64,000 bases of DNA, from positions 18,063 through 82,062 of the forward strand of contig JBGSNK010000062.1 of the NCBI GenBank assembly GCA_041739665.1. The letters run 5' to 3'. The notes under the pieces were generated by a model that saw nothing but the letters and a program-made list of their open reading frames with translations, did not search any database and was not told where the DNA came from. Below, piece after piece: positions 44,506 to 53,113 of this stretch; position 1 is the first letter of the stretch, and the number at the start of each line of letters is the position of its first letter. Source of the DNA: Bdellovibrionales bacterium (GTDB lineage Bacteria > Bdellovibrionota > Bdellovibrionia > Bdellovibrionales > JAGQZY01). The position numbers and the translations under genes were made by a program.

Positions 44506-45828
44506 TCAAAACTGTAGCTTTTTGAGAAGAGTTCGCGCCATGTCGATGTTCTCTGGAGAAACATAGACTCTTTCAATGATCCGAGCTCCCTCGTATTTTT
44601 GAAAGATCTCTGTGCACTCTTCTATGCAAACTGGCTTTCCATGGGGGTCGTAAGGGTCGACAACAAAGATCTCATGGCTCTCTTCTTCAGGTGTAAGCCC
44701 ATGATACTTTGAGAGCCTCGACTTTGAGCTGGCGGTTATTGTCTCAATACCTGCCTCTTTCAGCAAAAGATTCAGTTTTTCAGTGCGAGGTGATCCAGAA
44801 GTCACATGGTTCTCAAAAAGAACCTTATAAGATTCTCGTTGTGAGATTCTCTTGGCCCAGGGATTATCAGAATGGGCCATGTCTTGATATAAAGAAAAAT
44901 CTGTAAAGTGAACATAGTCTTCAATATTAGCTGGCAGCTTGTATTGACAATTTTCAGAAGTAAGGTAGCGAAAGAGCATCTCTTCATAAATAATACTCTT
45001 ATGGTGGAAGTAAACCATAAGATACATATGATGTCTGGACAGTAAAAAATCATCGAAGGTGTAAATTGCCCGTCTATCAAGGGCAAGATGAACTCGATCA
45101 TCAACTATATGAAATTTAAAATTTCCCAATAACCAATTGAGTTCGACTTTGCCATAGCTAGTTCCACAAAAATAGGCGTCGCGGATGAGGTAGTCCATAC
45201 GATCCACATCGACTTCTGAACTCACGATCTGACTGAGGATCATGCGAAAATTGAGTCCCTGATCAAAAAAGAAGTCATCTTTGTCTATTAAAGTCTTATC
45301 GATAAGGCTGGCGATATGAAAGGGTTCAAAATCAGGAAAGGCTTTTCCTAAAATCAGAGTCAAATGTGAGTCCGTTATAAATTTAATCGTGTAGTCTTCG
45401 TGAGTGGCCCGTCGCTTGCCATCATTGGGCAGGTGGCCTTGCGTCTTTGCCGATTTCCTCTTGTCATAAACTTGGACTTTCAACTCCGAAAGGATGGGCA
45501 TCACCTCTTCACTGGTGTGGCTCAAGGGGCCGTGACCAATATCATGTAAAAGGGCGCTAAGGCGTAAAACCTGACGGTAGAGATCTCTTTTTTTAGGGGA
45601 ACTAAATTCAAAATCTTTAAAAATAAAGTCAAAAGCCTGACCTGCCAAAAAAGATACACCTAAGGAGTGAAGGTAACGACTGTGCGTGGCTCCGGGAAAC
45701 GAAAATTCGGAAAAGCCCAATTGCTTGATCATACGCAGTCGCTGGAAGGCTGGAGAATCGAGCACCATGGTCTCGGCACGACTGACACCTAAAGTACCAT
45801 GAATAGGATCTCTAATTTCCAAAACCAA
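44506..45828 (-). CDS. HD-domain phosphohydrolase, dNTP triphosphohydrolase (dGTPase/SAMHD1)-like
   Basis: 440 aa with HSRYLHSLGV, LSALLHDIGHGPLSH and VDVDRMDYLIRD, the motifs of the HD dNTPase family. Confidence 0.8.
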   Translation of the reverse strand: MVLEIRDPIHGTLGVSRAETMVLDSPAFQRLRMIKQLGFSEFSFPGATHSRYLHSLGVSFLAGQAFDFIFKDFEFSSPKKRDLYRQVLRLSALLHDIGHGPLSHTSEEVMPILSELKVQVYDKRKSAKTQGHLPNDGKRRATHEDYTIKFITDSHLTLILGKAFPDFEPFHIASLIDKTLIDKDDFFFDQGLNFRMILSQIVSSEVDVDRMDYLIRDAYFCGTSYGKVELNWLLGNFKFHIVDDRVHLALDRRAIYTFDDFLLSRHHMYLMVYFHHKSIIYEEMLFRYLTSENCQYKLPANIEDYVHFTDFSLYQDMAHSDNPWAKRISQRESYKVLFENHVTSGSPRTEKLNLLLKEAGIETITASSKSRLSKYHGLTPEEESHEIFVVDPYDPHGKPVCIEECTEIFQKYEGARIIERVYVSPENIDMARTLLKKLQF

Positions 45829-46061
45829 CTCCCTTTTTTTGAGCTTTAAAACTAAGCAACAAACCCTTGTGAATGGGTATATTGAAAAGCCAGCCCCTTG
45901 TCACCCCTTGGCAAAGAGGATTTTTCATGGACTGACAGACTGTGACGACCAATCAAATGGTTATAATGATGGTGCCACAAGCTAGCTCTTGCACAAGGAG
46001 CTACCAATGGTAGAACCCTAAATGGGTCATATCCAGCGTCCCACCCCAGACACACAAGAGG

Positions 46062-46862
46062 TTGATCGTGCGCAACTACCTAAACTTACTAGAAGATATC
46101 CTAAACCATGGAGATAAAAAGACGGATCGAACAGGCACTGGAACGCTTAGCCTTTTTGGTTACCAAACTCGCTACAGCTTGGACCGCTTTCCCCTATTGA
46201 CAACCAAGAAGGTTCACCTCAAATCCATCATCCATGAACTTCTTTGGTTTTTGTCCGGCGACACCAACATTCAGTACCTCAAAGACAATAAAGTTCGCAT
46301 CTGGGACGAATGGGCCGATAAGGACGGCAATCTCGGGCCTGTTTACGGCGCCCAGTGGCGATCTTGGAAAACCCCTGACGGGAGAACTATCGACCAGATC
46401 TCAGGTGTGGTAGAGCAAATAAAAACCAACCCCCACTCGCGACGCCACCTGGTGGTGGCCTTTAACCCAGGTGAATTGGACAAAATGGCTTTGCCACCTT
46501 GCCACGCCTTTTTTCAGTTTTACGTGAGCGACAACAAAGAGCTGTCTTGCCAGCTCTATCAAAGAAGTGCCGATGTTTTTCTTGGTGTCCCCTTCAATAT
46601 CGCTAGCTACGCTTTGCTAACAATGATGATCGCCCAAGTTTGCGGTTTAAAGGCCAAAGAATTTGTCCATACTTTAGGAGATGCTCACCTCTATTTGAAC
46701 CATATCGAGCAAGCCAAAGAACAATTAAAGCGAGAACCAAAGACACCACCAATTATGCTCTTAAATCCCGATGTGAAGGATCTATTTGCCTTTAAGTTTG
46801 AGGACTTTGTGTTGAGTGAATACGATCCCCACCCTCGCATAGCTGCGCCGGTGTCGGTATGA
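46062..46862 (+). CDS. thyA: Thymidylate synthase ThyA
   Basis: 266 aa with [41 protein letters not shown] and a C-terminal ..IAAPVSV. The start is a TTG at 46062 or a GTG at 46068. Confidence 0.95.
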   Translation: MIVRNYLNLLEDILNHGDKKTDRTGTGTLSLFGYQTRYSLDRFPLLTTKKVHLKSIIHELLWFLSGDTNIQYLKDNKVRIWDEWADKDGNLGPVYGAQWRSWKTPDGRTIDQISGVVEQIKTNPHSRRHLVVAFNPGELDKMALPPCHAFFQFYVSDNKELSCQLYQRSADVFLGVPFNIASYALLTMMIAQVCGLKAKEFVHTLGDAHLYLNHIEQAKEQLKREPKTPPIMLLNPDVKDLFAFKFEDFVLSEYDPHPRIAAPVSV

Positions 46863-47356
46863 TTCTGTCTCACATAGCCGCTCTTGCTAAAAATCGCGTG
46901 ATTGGAACAGAAGGCACTCTACCTTGGGACTTACCAGAGGACATGGCTTTCTTTCGCCAAAAAACCTTGGGGCACATTATTGTCATGGGTCGCAAGACTT
47001 TTGAGTCCTTCCCTAAACCTTTAAAGGACCGTCTGCATGTGGTGATCACAAGGCAAAAGGATTACAAAGTTCCCGATGGGGTCCATGTCTTTTCGGATAT
47101 CATATCGGCACTATCATTTTGTGAAAAGCAGGTCCCACGCTGGAAAAAAGAAGTTTTCATTATTGGTGGCGGCGAGATTTTTAGCCAAACACTACCCCAA
47201 ACAGAACGCCTCTACCTAACCTTGATAGATAAAGAGTACCCGGGGGACGCCAAATACCCGGAATTCGGTAAGGACTTTGTATTGGCAGATAAGGATGAGC
47301 GCTACGAACCCCTGCCTTTTGCCTTCTGCCTGTATGTCAAAAAAATTGACAGTTAA
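46859..47356 (+). CDS. folA: Dihydrofolate reductase FolA
   Basis: 165 aa with [32 protein letters not shown] and FIIGGGEIF. There is a 4-nt overlap with thyA. Confidence 0.9.
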   Translation: MILSHIAALAKNRVIGTEGTLPWDLPEDMAFFRQKTLGHIIVMGRKTFESFPKPLKDRLHVVITRQKDYKVPDGVHVFSDIISALSFCEKQVPRWKKEVFIIGGGEIFSQTLPQTERLYLTLIDKEYPGDAKYPEFGKDFVLADKDERYEPLPFAFCLYVKKIDS

Positions 47357-47461
47357 CTAGCGCCTTTTGTCACAACTTCCTCAAACAGAATACAAGCGTG
47401 CCAACACTGGTCTTAGCTTTGCATTACTAAGTTTCGTAGTCCTATCTATTGGAGGATGGAG

Positions 47462-48130
47462 ATGCTTACTCAAACGATCTATTTAACATTGGCGCTTGTG
47501 CTTACTAGCTTCCTGACTTCTTTTGCGCGAGCTGAGACTCTAACAGGTCAACAGTGCCGCAACCATTTGACACCGATCACTCAATATGTGGTGAATCGTT
47601 CAATGGCCCCACAGTTTAATGAAATCAACGGCGAAATACCCAATATGATGGGAATACCGCTTTCTGAAATCGCCAAATCGAGAGGCGAATCTCGCTTGGT
47701 TCAGTATTTTATACTTCAGGCTCACAACACAATTAATCAATGTGAAAAGAACTGTTCTGGTATTCGCAACCGCGACGGAAATCTCTTTAGCTGCTCTGAT
47801 CTCAGTAAAATGAGCATCATTAATATACATCATAAAATTGACCTTATTGACGAGAATGCCATTGCCGAAGTGAATTTTACTCCAAACCCCGAGTGTGCTT
47901 TTAACCCACATGCTGAAAACTGTGAATTGGTGGTTGAACAACCCAAAGAAGACAATGCTTCTGATCCTATTCTGGAAAGTGATCCTGAAATTTCTTACGG
48001 ACCAGACACACGCCCCGTTATCCATAACAACAGGGATCCGGAAACAGATCCTGTTCTACCAGCCCCATACACCTATCACTTCATCAAAAGAATTGAGCCT
48101 AAAATCCATACCAACGGAAGTGCAATTTAA
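47462..48130 (+). CDS. Hypothetical secreted Cys-containing protein
   Basis: Signal peptide (...LTSFLTSFARA). GGAGG sits directly against the ORF-track ATG at 47456 and 6 nt before the ATG at 47462. There are 7 Cys in the mature part. No family recognised. Confidence 0.5.
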   Translation: MLTQTIYLTLALVLTSFLTSFARAETLTGQQCRNHLTPITQYVVNRSMAPQFNEINGEIPNMMGIPLSEIAKSRGESRLVQYFILQAHNTINQCEKNCSGIRNRDGNLFSCSDLSKMSIINIHHKIDLIDENAIAEVNFTPNPECAFNPHAENCELVVEQPKEDNASDPILESDPEISYGPDTRPVIHNNRDPETDPVLPAPYTYHFIKRIEPKIHTNGSAI

Positions 48131-48150
48131 AACTCACATTAACATGTGAG

Positions 48151-49953
48151 TTAAAATTCACTCCGCGCTTCTGATTCACCCTGGCTATCTGGTGATTGGT
48201 ACTTCACACCAGGAACTTGATCGCCATCACAACGATAAACCTTGATTTCGTTATCTTTAGCAAAGTGACTCTCAGACTTGATATCCATCATCTTTTCTTG
48301 CCCCGGATTTTGTATTCGAACCGAAGTTTTGATAATCGGCACCTTGGTTCCATTGGAAGCAGTATTAAAGCCCGCTTGGCTTCTTGATAGGCCTACAACT
48401 AGAGAACAACTGTTGTCTTTCTTGTTACGTGCAAGAACAGGATTATTAGGGCTCGCTGCTCGAAGCACATTAAAATCTGTGACATCATAATAACGACAGC
48501 CTGTATTTTTCACACTCTTCAAATTAGAAACACATCTAGCCATTTTGTACCGAGCGGCTGCACTTTGTCCTTTTAATAAGTCAACAATCGACCCTTGCCC
48601 AGCCAAGTCCACTGGAACCCCTCCAAACTGCTTCATGCGAGCTACAAATTGGTTTTGTGATGTAGAATTACAGAAGGCTTGGCGAAACTGACCAGAACGC
48701 ATACCAGTTGCCGCAATGAACTTGTTCTCCTCATCCTGACTGAGCTTTGCACCCGCGCGAAAGCGTGGAGCGAGAGACATAATTTCGGACAGCTCTAGTT
48801 CTTGACGAACGGGATTGCCATTAGGGCCTTTAATTTGCTCAGTTGTTTGTGCCACACAAGTGCGTGTGGGTTCGCTGTAATAATAGCTTCGTCTTTTTTG
48901 ACGAGCCTCTGTATCGTCAGCAGGAAGCTCTGCCAACTTACCGGCCACACACTCATCATATTTTTCGGCATTCACAACTGCTGATCCTCTAACTGTCCCA
49001 GCCGGGCGCGCTTGTCGAGTGTATATTACTGTTTTTCCAGGCTGACGCAAACCACCTTCGGGAGCTTCCATATTATTCAAATCACAAAGCCCTACAATAT
49101 TCATAGTCGAAGTTACCGATGGACGTCCACAAGCTTGTTGAGCAAAGCCGGTCATTCCTCTCCAGAAAGAGTTGTTACTTGCCCCACTCTCAGAAGCATC
49201 GCGGTTCTTATCTTTGGCTTCGGCCATTTTTCTAGAAAGCTCTTCACAGTCAGAACCAGATGGAATTCCAGTTGCAGTTGGCGGAAGAGGCACATCAGAG
49301 TTTGTTAATGCCGCCATGGCTGATCGGCAATAATTTTTAGATCCACGATCGTTTTGGTTGCACCAGTTCTCCACCCCTTGAGTTGACGTACGCATCGCTG
49401 TACTGAGTTCAACACAGAAAGCACTGGTGCTTGCTGCACATCCGACTAAAGCTCCTTGTAAAAGGTCGCGATTTCCTAGTTGCACACATGTTGCCGTAAC
49501 ATTTGGCGAGCATGGCACCTTGTATTCACCACCTACTCGAACAAGGCCCGTGTAAGGCGCGCAGGGTAGTTGACCCGAGGGACAATCTTGACGGAGCGAA
49601 CCTAAATTTAAGCTAGAGTAAAAATTTGCCAATGAACCTTCATAAATGAATCCATTACTAATGGTTGTTCGTGCTTCGGCTGGGTTCATGAAAAGCTTCT
49701 GCAAAAGCAAGGCATCGACGCCGGCAGTACTATTGGTGGATAACTTGTAGGCGAGTTTTTCCATAGTCTGCAAATAAATTTGCTGCTGTTTTTTATTCAA
49801 ACCTGCAAACCAGATTTTTTCATAGGCGAGATGAATTTTTTTGCTTTGGTTTGAAACTTGGGTCTGATTTTTTTTTGAGACTTGCTGAGCAAAAGTGAAC
49901 TGAACGGGCAACAATACGGCCACCAACACGATAAGGATTGAAAACTTCTTCAT
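48151..49953 (-). CDS. Hypothetical secreted Cys-rich protein (600 aa)
   Basis: The ATG at 49953 is preceded by GGAGGA. The signal peptide is MKKFSILIVLVAVLLPVQFTFA. About 20 Cys are scattered through the mature protein. No family recognised. Confidence 0.55.
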   Translation of the reverse strand: MKKFSILIVLVAVLLPVQFTFAQQVSKKNQTQVSNQSKKIHLAYEKIWFAGLNKKQQQIYLQTMEKLAYKLSTNSTAGVDALLLQKLFMNPAEARTTISNGFIYEGSLANFYSSLNLGSLRQDCPSGQLPCAPYTGLVRVGGEYKVPCSPNVTATCVQLGNRDLLQGALVGCAASTSAFCVELSTAMRTSTQGVENWCNQNDRGSKNYCRSAMAALTNSDVPLPPTATGIPSGSDCEELSRKMAEAKDKNRDASESGASNNSFWRGMTGFAQQACGRPSVTSTMNIVGLCDLNNMEAPEGGLRQPGKTVIYTRQARPAGTVRGSAVVNAEKYDECVAGKLAELPADDTEARQKRRSYYYSEPTRTCVAQTTEQIKGPNGNPVRQELELSEIMSLAPRFRAGAKLSQDEENKFIAATGMRSGQFRQAFCNSTSQNQFVARMKQFGGVPVDLAGQGSIVDLLKGQSAAARYKMARCVSNLKSVKNTGCRYYDVTDFNVLRAASPNNPVLARNKKDNSCSLVVGLSRSQAGFNTASNGTKVPIIKTSVRIQNPGQEKMMDIKSESHFAKDNEIKVYRCDGDQVPGVKYQSPDSQGESEARSEF

Positions 49954-50066
49954 AAGTCCTCCATAGAGCAATTATTCCAGTATAAATGCAGGGATGCCAC
50001 TGTTAGGGGGCAAATCCAGCCTTAGGTGCACTGGGAGCTAGACCCTCAAGACCACTTTCATTGTCT

Positions 50067-50093
50067 CAAATTGAGAAATCAATAAGCCGAGAC
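50067..50093 (+). promoter_or_regulatory. Weak sigma-28-like promoter candidate upstream of the 497-aa Cys/Gly-rich protein gene
   Basis: CAAA-N15-GCCGAGAC, located 40 nt before the ATG at 50133. Confidence 0.3.
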
Positions 50094-50132
50094 AGACGTC
50101 TTCAAATCACTTATGATATTCTATAAGTCTAT

Positions 50133-51626
50133 ATGGGGGGCCATTTGTTAGTACTAAAGTCTGATCTCAAAATCTGGTTACTCTTGTTTCTTGGCTGTAT
50201 CATCTACAGCACTCCATCTTCAGCCTTTGACTCCACTCAGTGTTTTCTAGGCTATGCCAAGATGGGTGGAAATAATTTAGATAATCATCTCAAACAATGC
50301 TTGACCTCCATTATGGGCGAAAGTCTTGATGGAACACCTAATAATTTAATTATGTCTCTGCAAAAAGATGCTGAAAATAAACCACAGGCCGCTCACCTTC
50401 TCAATATTAGCAAAAAGGCGCAAGAGGTCTACTATGACAACTCTATTTGTGGGCGCTCAGTCACAATCACTCAAGTCACTTGCTCTAGGCTACGCCAATT
50501 ATCTCAACTTAATACCAGCGGAATGTATCGATACAACTGCGCTCAGGATTCACCCTCACATTCACGCTGTGCTGATTTTTCTCTAGGTATCATAGAAAAA
50601 ATGGATGGGATTTGTGACAAAAGTCATGTGAACAAAAACAATTGCAATGACTTGATATCGGCTTTCCTTGCCCACCCGAGGTGTAAGAGCGATGCTACTG
50701 AGCGCGCTTGCCTGACTTACTTCGACGACCGAATGAAGGTGGCAGACGGTTGTGATATGGCAAATAATAGCTTTGATGCTAACGGTTGCACTGGCACCGA
50801 TATTGGTTTTGGTGTGGCCAGTGTCACTAACAATGAAGAAGATCCAACAGTTGGTGATGATTACGGCGGTGGAGGCGGTGATGGCAACCCCAACGACCCA
50901 ACCAATGGCGGTGAAGTCACGAGTGCTGATGGTGAGAAGTTAAGTCAAGCCGCCAATCAATTGGGACAAAATATGTTTGGTGGTATGGGTATGATGAATC
51001 AAATGCCCTCACCGACCAATGTCCCTAAATCAGATCCAAGCTCTAAAGCCAGTGTGGGTGGTTTTGATGGTCCTCAAGGTTTAAATGATGCACGAATGGC
51101 TGATGTACCTGGTGGTAGCGTCCATTTACCTCTTGCAAATAATCTTCCCATCCCGACCGAAGGGCGGCCCGGACCTCGCCAACAACCTGGTGGAACAAAT
51201 GCAGCCAGCGGTAGCACCCCAAATCCGATAATGGGTGGTGGGAGCGGCGGCATGGGCGGCTCCGCTGGTGGAAGTGGTGGAGGCGGTGGAAATCCTGCCA
51301 AAGGTTCGGGTGGTGGATATCGTGGTTCGGCCTGGCAGAAAATTGCAGACGCTTTAGGTGGTAACAATTATATGGGAACCGATGGTGCTCGTGGTGGGTC
51401 CAAGGTCGAGCCTGCAAAGAGTGCACTTCCCAAAGCTCTGCAAAAGAAAATTGCAGAAAACAAAGAAGCTGAACTCGCCCGTGCCAAGGTCAACGCTATG
51501 TTTCGCAAAAATTTACCCGTTGGTGCCAGTCGTGGCCAATTTGAGAGTCCTCTCCAGTTCCCATCTGTGAATAATGCTTTTGATTCAATATATAGAGAAC
51601 AAAACTACTACCAAGACTCCAACTGA
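50133..51626 (+). CDS. Hypothetical secreted protein, Cys-rich N-terminal half and Gly/Asn/Pro-rich C-terminal half
   Basis: 497 aa with a signal peptide (IWLLLFLGCIIYSTPSSA). There are about 16 Cys in residues 35-220. Gly-rich tracts follow (GGGGGDGNPNDP; GGGSGGMGGSAGGSGGGGGN). Confidence 0.55.
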   Translation: MGGHLLVLKSDLKIWLLLFLGCIIYSTPSSAFDSTQCFLGYAKMGGNNLDNHLKQCLTSIMGESLDGTPNNLIMSLQKDAENKPQAAHLLNISKKAQEVYYDNSICGRSVTITQVTCSRLRQLSQLNTSGMYRYNCAQDSPSHSRCADFSLGIIEKMDGICDKSHVNKNNCNDLISAFLAHPRCKSDATERACLTYFDDRMKVADGCDMANNSFDANGCTGTDIGFGVASVTNNEEDPTVGDDYGGGGGDGNPNDPTNGGEVTSADGEKLSQAANQLGQNMFGGMGMMNQMPSPTNVPKSDPSSKASVGGFDGPQGLNDARMADVPGGSVHLPLANNLPIPTEGRPGPRQQPGGTNAASGSTPNPIMGGGSGGMGGSAGGSGGGGGNPAKGSGGGYRGSAWQKIADALGGNNYMGTDGARGGSKVEPAKSALPKALQKKIAENKEAELARAKVNAMFRKNLPVGASRGQFESPLQFPSVNNAFDSIYREQNYYQDSN

Positions 51627-51758
51627 TTCACATTATCAAATATTTTAGTTTCTAACTTGTTAGCAAGCTATCTCTTGCTGCCTATCCTTATTTAATGAAT
51701 GAAGAGTCGCGACTATGCAGACCTATGTCCAGAAATGTCACAAAATGAGAATAAATCA

Positions 51759-51785
51759 TAAAGTCCCATCTTGAAACACCGAAGA
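51759..51785 (+). promoter_or_regulatory. Putative sigma-28 promoter of flagellin 51871..52716
   Basis: TAAA-N15-ACCGAAGA, with a leader of about 80 nt ending in AAGGAGGAAG. Confidence 0.5.
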
Positions 51786-51870
51786 GTTTCTTGAGTGTGA
51801 AATGCCCTCGGAGTTTATTGGACTCCTGCACTAATGGAACTGGTGCATTAATACTTTCAAGGAGGAAGTC

Positions 51871-52716
51871 ATGGGCCTACGAATTAATACAAACACGGCG
51901 TCTTTAAACGCACAAAGAAATTTGTACGGAACAAAGATTGCTATGGATAAGAGCTTAGAAAAATTAAGCTCTGGATATCGAATCAACCGCGCAGGCGACG
52001 ATGCTGCGGGCTTAGCCATTTCAGAAAACCTGAGAGGTCAAATCCGAGGCTTACAAGTTGCTTGGAGAAATGCACAAGATGGTGTGTCCATGCTGCAAGT
52101 TGCAGAAGGTGGTATGCAAGAAGTCTCGAATATCTTAATTCGCTTAAGAGAACTCGGTGTGCAAGCTGCCTCTGATACGATCGGGCCAGTCGAAAGACAA
52201 CTTCTCGATGTAGAATTCCAACAACTGGTAGACGAAATTGATCGTATTGCCGACAGTACGGAATTCAACGGAACACCTTTATTAAGTGGTACAGGAGCGA
52301 TTCTTGATTTCCAAGTGGGAACCCGTAATGATCCTAATATCGACAGATTGAGTTTTGACGCCTCTAAAGCAGATGCCAACAGTGCGGCTCTAGGTGTGAA
52401 CTTAACTTCTGTGGCAGATAAAGCCTCAGCTCAAAACTCACTCGCTGCGATTGATGAGGCCATTGTAGCCACATCAGCCATGCGCGCAGACTTTGGAGCT
52501 ATGCAAAATAGGCTGATGTCAACGATCAACAACTTAGCAATTTCGTTAGAAAATATGGCTGCTGCCAATAGTCGAATCCGCGATGTGGATGTGGCTGAAG
52601 AAACTGCCAACCTGACCAAGCAAAATATTTTGCTACAGGCTGGAACTTCAGTTCTCGCACAAGCGAACCAGACAGCAAAAGCCTCGTTGCAACTCTTGAA
52701 CAGCACTTTCTCTTAA
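51871..52716 (+). CDS. fliC: Flagellin
   Basis: 281 aa with MGLRINTNTASLNAQRNL...AGDDAAGLAISE and C-terminal SRIRDVDVAEETANLTKQNILLQAGTSVLAQAN. Confidence 0.95.
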   Translation: MGLRINTNTASLNAQRNLYGTKIAMDKSLEKLSSGYRINRAGDDAAGLAISENLRGQIRGLQVAWRNAQDGVSMLQVAEGGMQEVSNILIRLRELGVQAASDTIGPVERQLLDVEFQQLVDEIDRIADSTEFNGTPLLSGTGAILDFQVGTRNDPNIDRLSFDASKADANSAALGVNLTSVADKASAQNSLAAIDEAIVATSAMRADFGAMQNRLMSTINNLAISLENMAAANSRIRDVDVAEETANLTKQNILLQAGTSVLAQANQTAKASLQLLNSTFS

Positions 52717-52844
52717 TTGAGAAAGTGACTACGGTCTCTTAGGTTCACAAGGGAGAGGTCCACGAGGATCACTCTCTCCCCTTTGCGAAGACCGTTTATT
52801 GACCTCATAATCCAGAGCTCGCTTGGAGCTCTGGTCCTGCTCAT

Positions 52845-52877
52845 CAGGGGACAAAAGAATTTTGCCCCCTGTTTTAT
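52845..52877 (+). terminator. Rho-independent terminator (third of three hairpins after flagellin 51871..52716)
   Basis: CAGGGGACAAAA-GAA-TTTTGCCCCCTG (11 bp, one mismatch), followed by TTTTAT. Confidence 0.6.
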
Positions 52878-53035
52878 GCAGCACAAAGAATGAGTTCTCT
52901 GTTCATGTTGCGCTTTTGCAACTGAATCACAGGAACTACGACGTTGTTATGGTTTCTTAAACTCGCACATCCCTGACGACTCAGGCCCTCCATATATGTG
53001 AACTCGACTCAGAAATATCAAGCATAAAACTAGAC

Positions 53036-53063
53036 TCGATCATTTTGATTCACTTACCGAATA
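53036..53063 (+). promoter_or_regulatory. Sigma-28-like promoter candidate of flagellin 53114..53947
   Basis: TCGA-N16-ACCGAATA. The -10 is good and the -35 is poor. The leader is about 45 nt with TAAGGAG. Confidence 0.3.
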
Positions 53064-53113
53064 GAATTTTGACAAATTATTTTCTAATACGTCTCAATTA
53101 AGGAGTCGGAGCG

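Noticed and set aside
45852-46055. 67-aa ORF on the minus strand in the HD/thyA intergenic region.
   Set aside because: There is no SD, the composition is Cys/His/Trp-rich and atypical, and it overlaps the likely thyA promoter/leader. It is more likely non-coding.
45829-46061. Riboswitch (THF or ZTP class) upstream of thyA-folA.
   Set aside because: I could not find the conserved cores of these classes by eye. Only a generic hairpin and a TATAAT box are present. It is kept as a low-interest note pending a covariance-model scan.
51043-51426. Antisense ORFs 51043..51426(-) and 51074..51367(-) plus 58927..59349(+) rich in P/H/G.
   Set aside because: They are reverse-strand readings of Gly-rich and Pro/Thr-rich low-complexity coding segments of the 497-aa and 408-aa genes.
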